From the IMG/VR virus record IMGVR_UViG_3300033076_001139, positions 87,106 through 151,105 of that record: a stretch of DNA of 64,000 nt; one strand, written 5' to 3'. Below, piece by piece: positions 28,065 to 37,787 of this stretch. Position numbers and translations under genes: made by a program. A model generated the notes under the pieces. It did not search any database. It had not been told where the DNA came from and worked only from the letters and a program-made list of their open reading frames with translations. Origin of the DNA: a virus. Its lineage: Duplodnaviria > Caudoviricetes. How positions within the stretch are numbered: the stretch's first letter is position 1; every line of letters begins with the position of its first letter.

Positions 28065-29219
28065 TCAGCGTCCGAAACGCTTCACGCCGCCGGCCGGGCC
28101 GTTGCCCTGCGCGCCGTAAGAACGCGTCTGTGGCTTGGCGGGCTCTCCAAAGGGATTGTTGATCCCAAGGAGCGACGACACGTACTGACTGTCGGAGGCT
28201 GCAAAGACCTGCTCGAAGTCGAACTGCGTCATCGAGCCCGCGACGTTGTCGGCCCACACAGGGGTCACGCCTTCGGCACCAACGTCCCAGTCCTTCACAA
28301 GGGCGTTGTTGTCCGCGAGCGTGAACTCCGTGAGCGGAACGATCTTCTCGACCATGATGGTCGAGGCGGTGTTCTCGCCGTGCTTGCGGACATACGCAAC
28401 CACGTCAAACACGCTCATCGGCGACGGCTCCTCGCAGGAGTCACAGATCGTGATGATCTTCGTGAACCCGAGGTGGCCACAGGACGAGCAACGCTGACGG
28501 CTGCCGGAGTACTCGTTGACCTGCTTGGCGGTCATGTTCGAGTTCTCCACGTCGCACAGCAGCTCGTCGCAGCTCTCGCAGTGGAACGCCGTCGGAGCAA
28601 GAGACCCGCCGCAGAAGCAGAGCTTCGAGGCAAGCTCGTCAATCGCCATAAGGGCTTCAAGGTGGTTGCGGCCCAGGTCGAGGTACTTCCGGCGGAACAG
28701 CGACACGTCACCAGAGGCAACGGCGGCTGCGGGGTTTGCCATGATGTCCTTACGGTCCTTACGGCCCGTAACCTCGTTCCAGCCCATCACCGCGTCGCCA
28801 CGGCGATGATCCTTGCCGTCCTCACTGTAGGTAACAACCTTGCCGTCCTTGTCCTTGATCGGCTCCTTCCGGTAGATCGAAAGATGCAGGACGTTCAACG
28901 CGAACTTGTCGCGCGTCGTAACGCGGGGGTCGCCGCCGTCCTTGGCGTAGCAGCCAACGCACTCGTGCCCAGAGCACGGGATCTCTCGGAAAGAGCCAGG
29001 ACCAGAGGCCGCCAGCTTCAGCGAGTGAACCGTGTGCGGGTAGTAGGCCAGCTCACCCTGCTGCTTGCCACGGGGATCCTCGTACTTGCCGCGAAGAAGG
29101 AGGATAGGCGTCGCCTCATCCTTCGGCACGTCGAGGCGGTCGCGGAAAGAGCCGCGCCATCCCTTGCCATTCTTTTCCTTGCGCTCTCCCATGACGGAGT
29201 TGCGAAACGTACTGCGCAT
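28065..29219 (-). CDS. Putative single-stranded DNA-binding protein (gp32-like position) with multiple Cys clusters
   Basis: Lies between primase and polA, with strongly biased codons. H...C....CVGC site, extra CFC/CESC/CSSC/CDSC motifs and a Gly-rich tail. Start moved to ATG 29219 (SD GGAG). Confidence 0.5.
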   Translation of the reverse strand: MRSTFRNSVMGERKEKNGKGWRGSFRDRLDVPKDEATPILLLRGKYEDPRGKQQGELAYYPHTVHSLKLAASGPGSFREIPCSGHECVGCYAKDGGDPRVTTRDKFALNVLHLSIYRKEPIKDKDGKVVTYSEDGKDHRRGDAVMGWNEVTGRKDRKDIMANPAAAVASGDVSLFRRKYLDLGRNHLEALMAIDELASKLCFCGGSLAPTAFHCESCDELLCDVENSNMTAKQVNEYSGSRQRCSSCGHLGFTKIITICDSCEEPSPMSVFDVVAYVRKHGENTASTIMVEKIVPLTEFTLADNNALVKDWDVGAEGVTPVWADNVAGSMTQFDFEQVFAASDSQYVSSLLGINNPFGEPAKPQTRSYGAQGNGPAGGVKRFGR

Positions 29220-30189
29220 GTTGTTTGCTCCAGATAGATAGGGACAAAGCCCTGTGTACAGCGTCCTGCAAAGCTTCGGTAGATAGCCCATCGGGCTGCT
29301 GAACTTCAGGCGGATACCGCATAACTAGGACGCGGGCTCCACTAAGCCTATAACCGATTCGCGCCGTGCCTTTGATCCCTGCGGGATTATTGTCGAGGCA
29401 TAGGATGATCGGCCCGCCAAGGCGTTCAAGGAACATCTTCTGTACGTCGGTCATGCTGGAGCCCATGAGTGCGACGGTGTTCGGAAACCCGTTCTGTACC
29501 ATCCAGAGGCAAGCCTTGAATCCCTCTGTCACGTAAACAGGCGGGCGATCAGGATTGCCGTAGACGTTTGGGTACACGCGATCCCACCGCCAGAGATAGT
29601 GCCCCTTCTCGATGCGGTAGTTGCGAAAGCCTAGGTCTTGCAGCTCTCGCTGGTAGACCTTGTACTTCTCAAGAGCGTGGCCCGTCACATCTCTGCCAGA
29701 GATCCCAGCCAGGGTCCCGCTGAGGTCGCGGATCGGGAAGGTGATCCTCTGTTGCTCCTCGTCAAACCCCACGTCGTGCGTCCACAGAGTCTCCTCTGTA
29801 AACCCTGCCTCGATGAGGTTGATAGGGCACTCCTCGTACAGACCAAGAATCTTCTCAGGCAGAGGATAGGGCGTCTGAAATAGCCCCCGTGCCTGTGTAA
29901 GATCCTGCTTCTTCTCAACCGGGGTTAGGTGCGGCTTTAGCCGCTCCATCATCGAGTCGACGCGAGGACGCGGCACGTCGAGAAGTTTCAGGAAGGTGGG
30001 AAGCCCTCCTCCGCCACAACCTGCAAAGCAGTACCACATTCCTGTGGCTGCGTTGAAGCTGAAGGAGGGCTTACTCTTTCCTGCCTGCTCTCCGTGAATC
30101 GGACAGAACCCGATCCAGTTGTTGCCGGCTCCTTTCTTTAGCCCCGGTACGTACTTCGAAATCTCGTCGACGACCGGGCCTTGGTTCAT
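29116..30189 (-). CDS. dnaG: DnaG-type DNA primase
   Basis: Zn finger 'CPIH...SFS......WYCFAGC', 'FPIRD..G....ISGR', TOPRIM 'VTEGFKA' and 'CLDNNPAG'. Confidence 0.9.
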   Translation of the reverse strand: MNQGPVVDEISKYVPGLKKGAGNNWIGFCPIHGEQAGKSKPSFSFNAATGMWYCFAGCGGGGLPTFLKLLDVPRPRVDSMMERLKPHLTPVEKKQDLTQARGLFQTPYPLPEKILGLYEECPINLIEAGFTEETLWTHDVGFDEEQQRITFPIRDLSGTLAGISGRDVTGHALEKYKVYQRELQDLGFRNYRIEKGHYLWRWDRVYPNVYGNPDRPPVYVTEGFKACLWMVQNGFPNTVALMGSSMTDVQKMFLERLGGPIILCLDNNPAGIKGTARIGYRLSGARVLVMRYPPEVQQPDGLSTEALQDAVHRALSLSIWSKQHAQYVSQLRHGRAQGKEWQGMARLFPRPPRRAEG

Positions 30190-31586
30190 ACGCGGAACAT
30201 GGGCGTCCTAGGCGGACGCTTCTGTCCCGGCGCAAGGCGATTATTCCCCTGCGCAGCACCCGGCCCCTTGCTGTCCTCTTCTTGGTCCATCGCACGCTTG
30301 TCGCGAAGGAAAGCCGCGACATCAACGCTAGTCTGGAGCAAGGAGAAGTCAGTGCCCGGAACCGCGTTGATGAGAAACGGGTTGAGCTGCGCCTCACGCA
30401 TACCGGGAAAGGTAAGCATGACTGCGCAGCGTCCGTTCGGCCCACGACCGCGGAAGCATCGCATGACAAGGTCGGCATCCTGACCAATCGCGTCAGAGCC
30501 AGCCAACTCGGAGAGGTCATCTCCGTGAGACTGGTTCGCAGTACGGTTGGCCTGCGTCGTGCCGAGAACGGGGACCTTCAGAGCACGAGCCATCAGCTTC
30601 AGGTCTTGGCTGATGTGAGCGATGTTCTTCCAGTCCGCCGTACGCGTATTCGTGCGGCCGTCTCGCATGAGGTAGAACGCGTCTGCAATTACAAGGTCGG
30701 CACCGAAACGCTCTGCCTTTGCAGCCAGTGCGTCAACCGTGCCACCCTTCTTGTCGGCGTCACCCACGAACATCAAGGACCGCTTGCGCTGCCCGTTCTG
30801 CGTGGCGTTCTCAAGGTTCGTCAGCTCCTCAAGGAACTCGAAGAACTCCTGCTGCTTCTGCGGACTGAGCTTTGCCGTGCGGAGAAGCTCGTAGTCAATC
30901 TTGCAGAGGATCGACGCCGAACGGCGAAGCGTCTGCTCCTTCGACATTTCCTTCGAGTACACGAGGACGCGGCGGTTGCTTTCGTAGGCGTGAACGCCCA
31001 TCGCCAGCGCGAGCCAGGACTTCATGTTCTTGGGGCGGCCGTAGAGCACGAGCAATTCTTCAGGCTGCATACCGCACGTTGCAACGTTCAGCGGGTCCCA
31101 CGGGTACGGAATACCCGTGATGCCTCCGGCAAGATGCTTTGTCTCGTACTCCTGACGGAGCAGAGCAGCAGAGCCGGCCATGAGCAGGCCGTCGGTGTCT
31201 GCGGACTGCGAGTTCAAGTCGCGCATGCGGGGCAGAAACGCCGTGAGGACGAGGTAGGGATCTTCGCCCGCGTCCAGCAACTCCTGCACCTCAAGGCTGA
31301 CCATCGTCAGCTCCTCTCGCATCTTGTTGGAGAGGATTTCCTGCGTCAGCGCCTCGATGCTGTTCCGGCTCGGGCGGTAGTCGAAGTTCGGAAACTTGCG
31401 ACGAAGCCGCTCCTTGTCGGGAACCTCACCGGGGTGCGCCGGGGAATGAAACTCGTCCCACAACCACCGGAAAACCGTCTTGGCCTCATCCGTGGAGAAG
31501 GTCTCCTGGTTGATGCCCTTCTTTCGCACCGTACTGAAGTCAGCGCGGTCGATAATATTCGAAATCAGCTCGAGTTCGACGTTCAC
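30186..31586 (-). CDS. dnaB: DnaB-like replicative helicase
   Basis: 'GIPYPWDPLN', Walker A 'GRPKNMKS', 'YSKEM', Walker B 'VIADAFYLM', 'TQANR', 'SDAIGQDAD'. Confidence 0.9.
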   Translation of the reverse strand: MNVELELISNIIDRADFSTVRKKGINQETFSTDEAKTVFRWLWDEFHSPAHPGEVPDKERLRRKFPNFDYRPSRNSIEALTQEILSNKMREELTMVSLEVQELLDAGEDPYLVLTAFLPRMRDLNSQSADTDGLLMAGSAALLRQEYETKHLAGGITGIPYPWDPLNVATCGMQPEELLVLYGRPKNMKSWLALAMGVHAYESNRRVLVYSKEMSKEQTLRRSASILCKIDYELLRTAKLSPQKQQEFFEFLEELTNLENATQNGQRKRSLMFVGDADKKGGTVDALAAKAERFGADLVIADAFYLMRDGRTNTRTADWKNIAHISQDLKLMARALKVPVLGTTQANRTANQSHGDDLSELAGSDAIGQDADLVMRCFRGRGPNGRCAVMLTFPGMREAQLNPFLINAVPGTDFSLLQTSVDVAAFLRDKRAMDQEEDSKGPGAAQGNNRLAPGQKRPPRTPMFRV

Positions 31587-31880
31587 TCACAGCTCCCAGT
31601 CGGGTTCGGTTTGCATGGGTTCGGCAGGAATAGGCGAAGACGACAGCCCAACCGCAGAGTTGATCCTGTCTTGAATCGCCGTTGCCAAGCCGTCCGCCAG
31701 ACGAAGAAGGTCCTCGTCGGCGACGCTCGTTGTGCCCGCACCGACTGACCCGGAGAACTCCTCGGTGGCGAGGTCAACAGTGTATCCCACGCGAACGGCG
31801 ATGAGACCATTCGCGTTGCGGTGCACCGTAACTTCGTTGAGAACCAAGGTTACAGGCGCGTCTTTCGGAATGGGCTTCAT
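31587..31880 (-). CDS. Hypothetical protein
   Basis: Coupled ORF in the replication operon. Confidence 0.55.
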   Translation of the reverse strand: MKPIPKDAPVTLVLNEVTVHRNANGLIAVRVGYTVDLATEEFSGSVGAGTTSVADEDLLRLADGLATAIQDRINSAVGLSSSPIPAEPMQTEPDWEL

Positions 31881-32212
31881 CGACCCCTCACCTGCTGGTA
31901 ACGCTCCCCTGCAAGAAGGAACGCCTCGTGCACAAAAGCCGCAGCTAGGTCCGACGCCTCGGCGTAGGCCTGCTCAACGGTGTCCGTGTCCTGCCGACAG
32001 GCGAGAGACACGGAGGCAAACGCCCCAAAGCCACGACCGTAGTCGTTGTCCTTCATCTCCATAGAGATGGTCACTCGGGCAGCGCCCGTATCATCAAGAC
32101 CCTTCAGAGAATCCTTCGGCATATGTACGTCCTCCGCGCTTAGGTCACGTTCGGCAATAAGGTCAGGCTGCCCCGGCACGCGCACGTCGTGCCGGAGCCT
32201 CCCCACAATCAC
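31877..32212 (-). CDS. Hypothetical protein
   Basis: Coupled ORF with 4-nt overlaps on both sides. Confidence 0.6.
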   Translation of the reverse strand: MIVGRLRHDVRVPGQPDLIAERDLSAEDVHMPKDSLKGLDDTGAARVTISMEMKDNDYGRGFGAFASVSLACRQDTDTVEQAYAEASDLAAAFVHEAFLLAGERYQQVRGR

Positions 32213-32646
32213 TGCTTGAACCGAGACGGCATGTAGACGCGGGGAGTGTCCTCCTCAACGCGGACAAACTCGGAGTACTCACTCTGCAAGTCGGAGGGCA
32301 GACGGGCCAGCTGGTCCGTGTTGACCTCGAAATACAGAAGGCCAAAATCCTCAACAAGACGCGTCAACTCCCCGCGAGCGCGGGCCTTCTCGATCAGGTT
32401 TGCTCGATCAACAACCGTCTTCTTGTACGGCTTCACCTGAAACGTGAACCCAGCAGCCTCAACCGTCTTCTTTCCCTGCCGCAGCAGATCCTCAACCGTC
32501 TTTCGCTCGCGCGCGATCTCCGCGCCAAGAAAGTCGATGCGCTCGAAGTCCTCAGCATGCTGCTCACGGATCTCGTTGAGGATCAGTTCCTTCTCTTCGG
32601 TAAACTCGACCAGCTTCGCGATGGCCTCGGCCATTTCATCGGTCAT
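32209..32646 (-). CDS. Hypothetical coiled-coil protein (Gam/Gp157-like architecture)
   Basis: N-terminal coiled coil followed by a short beta region. Coupled. Confidence 0.5.
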   Translation of the reverse strand: MTDEMAEAIAKLVEFTEEKELILNEIREQHAEDFERIDFLGAEIARERKTVEDLLRQGKKTVEAAGFTFQVKPYKKTVVDRANLIEKARARGELTRLVEDFGLLYFEVNTDQLARLPSDLQSEYSEFVRVEEDTPRVYMPSRFKQ

Positions 32647-33392
32647 TTTTGATACCCCTCTGGGCGGTGTGGAAAAGACTGTCCAAATGCGTCCTTGTAC
32701 TCCGCGTCAAGCAGAGTGAGCGCCTGCTTCAAGTCTTGCAACGTCTTGTAGGTGTCTCCCTTTTTCTCGGCGACAAGAGACTGGTCACCCTTCTTCAGCA
32801 GAAAACCGGGAGCAAGGAGGGCCATCATCGGGTACCGCACCTCCGTCCCAGAGATGGGGCTAGCTACGGTGACATCGAAGATGCTACCTCTTTTGTCCGT
32901 AATCTGGACTGTTTTGCCGACCACGGCGGATGCCGCCGTCTTGCCGAGGGCGATGATCAGCAACGGGTCTACAGCGTAGATGATCCGCTGTAGGCGATCG
33001 TTGCAGGCCTCGATCTCGACGTTAGTCGGGGTACGCCCCTCTGGGGTTCGACAACCGACTACGTTCGTCCAGAAGATATGGCGGTCGAGGTACTCCCTGA
33101 GGTCAAGGAAGTACCCCTCGTTATCCTCCGTGTCGTAGGAGCGGAAGCGCAGCATCTCTTCCGTGTCGGGCCACACCATCGCAAGCATGTCCATCAGGAG
33201 ACGGCCAGACTTCCCGAGAAACGGGATGCCCTGGTTCTCGTCTTCCTCAGACGGAGCCTCTCCTACTACGAGGATGTCCGCGCTCGCACTTCCGCTGCCG
33301 AACACGACCTGAAGACGCCTCTCGCAGAGTCCACAAGCCGCACAGTCCGCGTATTTCTCAAAGGTATCTTCAAGGGCGGAGATACCGCTCAT
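32643..33392 (-). CDS. Family-4 (Fe-S) uracil-DNA glycosylase-like protein
   Basis: 'CAACGLC', 'VVFGSG', 'VVGEAP', 'PFLGKSGRLL', 'TNVVGCR...P...EIEAC', 'LGKTA'. Start moved to ATG 33392 (ATGA overlap). Confidence 0.85.
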   Translation of the reverse strand: MSGISALEDTFEKYADCAACGLCERRLQVVFGSGSASADILVVGEAPSEEDENQGIPFLGKSGRLLMDMLAMVWPDTEEMLRFRSYDTEDNEGYFLDLREYLDRHIFWTNVVGCRTPEGRTPTNVEIEACNDRLQRIIYAVDPLLIIALGKTAASAVVGKTVQITDKRGSIFDVTVASPISGTEVRYPMMALLAPGFLLKKGDQSLVAEKKGDTYKTLQDLKQALTLLDAEYKDAFGQSFPHRPEGYQK

Positions 33393-33751
33393 CGGTAGTT
33401 CACGCCGGGTGCGGGAAGCACGATCCCCGAACGTCCCGTCATCGCGCGGTAAATGTCGATGAAGTCCTTGTGGTCCTCGACAGAGAAATGCGCGCACGGG
33501 GGAAGCCAGATCGTCATTGGCTTGTTTGCCGGTACTATCGGACTGGGAGCGACCTGCATCACTGGAGCGCGTGGGTCGCCCGCCATCTGGATCCGTAGCT
33601 CAATCGCGTCAAGGACATTGATGCCCCTCTTCATCAACTCCTCGGTGCTGTGGGAATCGGGCCAGAGCCCGAGAAAGCAGCGGCTGTTGTACATGAAGAC
33701 CGTCAGGTTCTTCAGGTACGCCCCATCGGATTGCGTCGTTTTTGATTCCAC
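33389..33751 (-). CDS. Hypothetical protein
   Basis: Coupled ORF between the helicase and UDG. Confidence 0.55.
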   Translation of the reverse strand: MESKTTQSDGAYLKNLTVFMYNSRCFLGLWPDSHSTEELMKRGINVLDAIELRIQMAGDPRAPVMQVAPSPIVPANKPMTIWLPPCAHFSVEDHKDFIDIYRAMTGRSGIVLPAPGVNYR

Positions 33752-35112
33752 GTAGAGTTCCTGAACGGGTAGTTCTTAGATTTCAAGTAGTTCAAGACGC
33801 TGTAGGTAAGGCCCTTGCACTCATCGATATTCCTGTCGAGGAAGATGATGACCTCGGGCGTCTTCTTTCCCTGCGCCGCTCGCTGAACGCGGCCGATGGC
33901 CTGGCGGAGTTGCGGGGCCTCCGCATAACCGTCTGCCGCTAGGGGCGTTAGCATGAACAAGCAGTCAAGGTCTTTACGGTTGTAGTTCTCGGTCGCGACC
34001 CCGAACGTCGCAAAGACGATCTTGCTCTTGTTCAGCTCCTTCAGTCGTTCCTCGCTTGGCGTCTCACCGGTAATGAGGCCGCTGCCGGGAAACATCGCGG
34101 ACAAGGTCTTCACGTGCTCGACGCTATGGCTGAGCGCGTAGATCGTCCGGCCCTCAGCTATGGCTTTGGTCAGCCTCCGGCTTATAGCCGCATTCCGCTC
34201 CGTATTCTGGGCCAACCAGGACTTCAGCATGGCAAGGTTTCGCTGCTTGCTGCGGTCCTGCACCAGCTTCTCGTCAGCGTCCGTCAGCTCCGTATCCAGT
34301 TCGATGACCTCGATCTCGGGGATCATCTCCTGCGTGTCGTCGCTGTAGACGATGGGGCCGATATGGGAGAGGAACACACCCTCGTTTCGGTCTGTGCGCT
34401 TCGGAGTAGCGGTGAGTCCGTACCGATTTCCGATGCACAAGTCGATGCTGCGGGCGAACCACTCTGCGCTCATGTGGTGGCACTCGTCAAAGATGATCGT
34501 CCCAAAGCGGTGCGCGAAGTCGATAGGAAGCTTTCCGTCTTCCGCACGAGTCGCGAGAGTCTGGACGGTACAGAGAACTACCTCGCGGTCGTACTCCATC
34601 TTCCCGTCCCCCACGCGCCCTGGCTCCGAGTCCAGATCGAAAAACTGGCTCAGCTCTGCCAACCAGTTGTCGAGGTGAGCCGCCTGTGGGGAAACAATGA
34701 GCGTCGTCAATCCTTCATGCGCTGCCTTGTAGAGACCCATCACAGTCTTACCGGCGCCGCAGGGTAAATGAAGAACGCTACCCTTGCTGTCCTTGAATGC
34801 GGCCCACGGCTCAAGTTGACGATCCCGAAGGGCAAAACCCGGTTTGGGACGTAAACTAGAACGCGGAAACTGCTTGGGGCGGAGGTCTACGACCTCGATC
34901 CCAAGGTCTTCGTGTATCTGCTGCGGGGTGAGAAACCCGCGCGGCACTTCTAAATGCGTAGGATGGTTTTTGACTAAAACTCTGGGCTCGTTGTCCTTGC
35001 CAAGGCCGAAAGTGAGGGCCCCACGAATGGGGCCCTCTGATACTTTCGACAACGGAAGGAACAAGGAAGCCCCGATGTACGCCTTGTCCGGGTGTAATCG
35101 AGGCAACTTCAT
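33712..35112 (-). CDS. Superfamily 2 (DEAH, UvsW/XPB-like) helicase
   Basis: Q motif 'LRDRQ', 'LPCGAGKT', 'FDECHH', 'GLTATP', 'QAIGRVQR'. Confidence 0.9.
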   Translation of the reverse strand: MKLPRLHPDKAYIGASLFLPLSKVSEGPIRGALTFGLGKDNEPRVLVKNHPTHLEVPRGFLTPQQIHEDLGIEVVDLRPKQFPRSSLRPKPGFALRDRQLEPWAAFKDSKGSVLHLPCGAGKTVMGLYKAAHEGLTTLIVSPQAAHLDNWLAELSQFFDLDSEPGRVGDGKMEYDREVVLCTVQTLATRAEDGKLPIDFAHRFGTIIFDECHHMSAEWFARSIDLCIGNRYGLTATPKRTDRNEGVFLSHIGPIVYSDDTQEMIPEIEVIELDTELTDADEKLVQDRSKQRNLAMLKSWLAQNTERNAAISRRLTKAIAEGRTIYALSHSVEHVKTLSAMFPGSGLITGETPSEERLKELNKSKIVFATFGVATENYNRKDLDCLFMLTPLAADGYAEAPQLRQAIGRVQRAAQGKKTPEVIIFLDRNIDECKGLTYSVLNYLKSKNYPFRNSTWNQKRRNPMGRT

Positions 35113-35120
35113 CTTCTCAC

Positions 35121-35537
35121 CTACTTGAACGGGTTTGGATACTTGCGACGCGGGATCGACCGGACGCTGTAAACTGCCTCGTGCATTACTGCCTCAAGCG
35201 CGCTGAGGAAGCTGTTGTGCGCCAACGCCCCCATGAACGTGTCCTCTGCCTGCACCGCTGTTCGAAGGTGGTCAGCAACCGGCGCAGGAACAGATGTACT
35301 CCCTTGCACAGTTGCAGCCTGTGTCGTGGTGGGGCGAATTGCAGTTGACGCAGTACTTGTGTAGGCTGACTGCGACCTACTGATCTTCTGCTCTACTTGA
35401 TACCGACACGTACCGCGGAAGGGACAAGCCCGGCACTCAGCATCCGAATCATCGTACTTCGTAACGTCCGCATAGCAGGGCGGTTTGTTGATTGTCCCCG
35501 TGGCTCCAAAGCTCCTTCCGTAAAGACCCTCTGCCAA
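35121..35537 (-). CDS. Cys-cluster protein, first gene of the replication operon
   Basis: 'PPCY...ECRACPFRGTC'. TTG start with SD GGAGGT. Confidence 0.65.
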   Translation of the reverse strand: MAEGLYGRSFGATGTINKPPCYADVTKYDDSDAECRACPFRGTCRYQVEQKISRSQSAYTSTASTAIRPTTTQAATVQGSTSVPAPVADHLRTAVQAEDTFMGALAHNSFLSALEAVMHEAVYSVRSIPRRKYPNPFK

Positions 35538-35561
35538 TAGCTACCTCCGGTGTAGCAACTA

Positions 35562-35570
35562 CTTATGCCC
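35562..35570 (-). promoter_or_regulatory. Candidate phage promoter GGGCATAAG
   Basis: Heads the 15.5-kb replication operon. The same motif occurs at 40915, 56070 and (variant) 58282. Confidence 0.55.
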
Positions 35571-35612
35571 GCGTTGTCGTTATACTTCGTACCCTTCTTC
35601 TTCGGGGGATAG

Positions 35613-35618
35613 TATGAT
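35613..35618 (+). promoter_or_regulatory. Putative -10 element TATGAT
   Basis: In the divergent intergenic region, upstream of SD AGGAG and GTG 35642. Confidence 0.5.
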
Positions 35619-35641
35619 AGGCACGCCTAGGAGAATCCGCC

Positions 35642-36250
35642 GTGAACGCATTTGACCTCATCGAAGACCTGAAGCACCGGTGGCATGATCTCGACTCATA
35701 CGACCGCCACGATCTCTCGGTTGCTGCTGCTAAACTGGCGTCTGCGCACGGAGCACAGGTCCCTGACGAAATCTACCGCTACAGCGGTGAGAGCGTCAGC
35801 CAGAATTTCAGCACCTACATGCGTCAGCGGCAAGAGTTTACGGCGAATGCGGATATCCAGGAGGCTTACGGCCGTCTGGCTAAGGTGGCGTCCGCAATTA
35901 ACCCCGACGAGCTTGTAAACCTTATTTACAAGCTTGACGACGATGCGGGCCTCATTCACCGTTACGGCAAGAACCTCCCTGACCCGCACCTCTGCGTGTT
36001 TGACCGCACGAAGGAAGCCTCGTGGTCCTGGATCCACGGGGGGCACTACGTCAATGAGGATCAGCTTCGTCGCCTTGCTACGGGGCCGACTCGCGATCAA
36101 ATGGAGAAGCTATTTGACTGTGACTTCGTGACGGAGTTCCGCAAGGATCCGCTTGGCAAGTTCCGGGACCTTGCGCCCGAGGCGCAGATCATCATTGCTA
36201 ATATGGCGTCACAGTCACAGCTCCGTAACGACGGAGGCTTCCGTTCGTGA
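35642..36250 (+). CDS. Hypothetical head-region protein with K-x-A-S motifs
   Basis: Contains KLAS, KVAS and KEAS. SD AGGAG. First gene of the portal operon. Confidence 0.7.
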   Translation: MNAFDLIEDLKHRWHDLDSYDRHDLSVAAAKLASAHGAQVPDEIYRYSGESVSQNFSTYMRQRQEFTANADIQEAYGRLAKVASAINPDELVNLIYKLDDDAGLIHRYGKNLPDPHLCVFDRTKEASWSWIHGGHYVNEDQLRRLATGPTRDQMEKLFDCDFVTEFRKDPLGKFRDLAPEAQIIIANMASQSQLRNDGGFRS

Positions 36251-37041
36251 AGTTATTGACGGACGATACAACCTCTCCCGTCGTTCTGTTTTTCTACTGC
36301 ACAAAGAAATACGGACACGAGTGGATGAAGTGGGCACCGGAGGTCCTCAAGCGCACGCTTGAGCTAGACCACCCGGGCGTCGTGCTATCCAAGAAAGCCC
36401 TCAACAGGGCTCTTGCAGCGGCGGTAGTTGCGTCTCGTGACTCGTTTTTTGAGGACTGGGAGCCTTTTCATTTTCTGACGCAGGCCCTCGTCCTCGGTAC
36501 GCCTACCGCCGACACAATGCAGGAGCACTCAGTTGGAGAGATGATGGCGGCGGTAGATGACGCGATCTACATTCGTGATCACCTCGGTAAGCTTGTTGCG
36601 CGCCCGTCCTTCTCGGATACCGTGGCACGCTACGTCGCTGCGCAGGCACTGAATCAGGGAGTCTGGTACCTTCCCGCACCTCTAGATTTTGCAAGCGACT
36701 ACGCGGGCATGAAGCGGTATCACTGCCGCGACTGCGGACATGAGGGAGAGATTTTCGCAAACGACGGCCTCTGTGACGTATGCACAGAGCGGTTCGACAC
36801 GGATAGCCTGCGTGAGTTCAAACCGAGCACGAGCACCGCAGCACGTGGCTTGGGCAGAAATACACAGATTATCTTTAAGAATCCGCAGGACGGCGTAAAG
36901 GCTCGGTTACGCGCTCTCCAGCAGAATCCTGCATCATTTAATGGCACGCAGGATGATGTGTGTGCTGCAAAGCTGCTAGAGGCTATCGACTACACGAACC
37001 ATCGCCGCGTTCAGCGCGATCTTGAGATGCGAGGGCTGTGA
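36247..37041 (+). CDS. Hypothetical protein with zinc ribbon
   Basis: CRDC...CDVC. Coupled on both sides. Confidence 0.7.
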   Translation: MKLLTDDTTSPVVLFFYCTKKYGHEWMKWAPEVLKRTLELDHPGVVLSKKALNRALAAAVVASRDSFFEDWEPFHFLTQALVLGTPTADTMQEHSVGEMMAAVDDAIYIRDHLGKLVARPSFSDTVARYVAAQALNQGVWYLPAPLDFASDYAGMKRYHCRDCGHEGEIFANDGLCDVCTERFDTDSLREFKPSTSTAARGLGRNTQIIFKNPQDGVKARLRALQQNPASFNGTQDDVCAAKLLEAIDYTNHRRVQRDLEMRGL

Positions 37042-37787
37042 TGGACGCACGTATACTGCGGGCTTTTGGCTCAGAACTAGAAAAAATAGCGGTCATGTCC
37101 GAGGACAAGCCGGGATTCTGGTCTGCGGCTAAGGCTCCGTTTACTGAGACGGCCAAGCTTGTCCGACCAAGTACTGCCAAAGACGCGTGGAAAGACCTGT
37201 GGCATGGCTCGTCTAACGCACACCCCTTAAACCGAGAGTTCCTGCACGAAGAACTACACGGCACCGTAAACCCAAAAACTGGACGTAGAGAAGGCGGGGC
37301 AATTGCTGGACTGAAAGGCAAGGGTACGTACGTCGATGACATTTCGCATGCTAAAGGCGTGCGCGCGGACCTACGCCGCGGTGGCTGGCTTGCCAACATG
37401 GCTAAGTATGAGGGCCCCAGCACCTGGCGAAAAGGAATAAACGCAGTGACTCGCCACCTTCCCGGGCAGCGCACCCTTCTGCTGGGCGGTACTGCCCTGG
37501 GGCTTCATTCTGATTTACAGAAAAAAGACCCCACTACCGGCCGCGAAAGAGGGGCGGCTGAGCGCGTGCTTGGGGCAACGGGCGGAGTAGCGGGCAGCCT
37601 AGGTGCAAGCGCACCCGGTGCTGTTCGCGCTATGTCTCGCGGAGGTATGAAAGGAATGGTGGGCGGCATACTTGGCTCTACCGTCCTTGGTATCGGCGGA
37701 AGCATGGGCGGCGGTTATCTTGGTCGTAAGATCGACGAGGCGCGGGGTTTTAAGCCTAGCGCCCCTCCTAACCAGGTGCCCGGATGA
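37038..37787 (+). CDS. Putative internal virion protein with AF..EL.K.A leader and glycine-zipper C-terminus
   Basis: 'LRAFGSELEKIA' N-terminus, basic middle and Gly-rich hydrophobic helices at the C-terminus. Confidence 0.55.
   Translation: MMDARILRAFGSELEKIAVMSEDKPGFWSAAKAPFTETAKLVRPSTAKDAWKDLWHGSSNAHPLNREFLHEELHGTVNPKTGRREGGAIAGLKGKGTYVDDISHAKGVRADLRRGGWLANMAKYEGPSTWRKGINAVTRHLPGQRTLLLGGTALGLHSDLQKKDPTTGRERGAAERVLGATGGVAGSLGASAPGAVRAMSRGGMKGMVGGILGSTVLGIGGSMGGGYLGRKIDEARGFKPSAPPNQVPG

Noticed and set aside
30282-31748. 488-aa + strand ORF (and similar ORFs opposite polA, recA and SSB)
   Set aside because: Lies antisense to DnaB, which has clear motifs. No motifs of its own.
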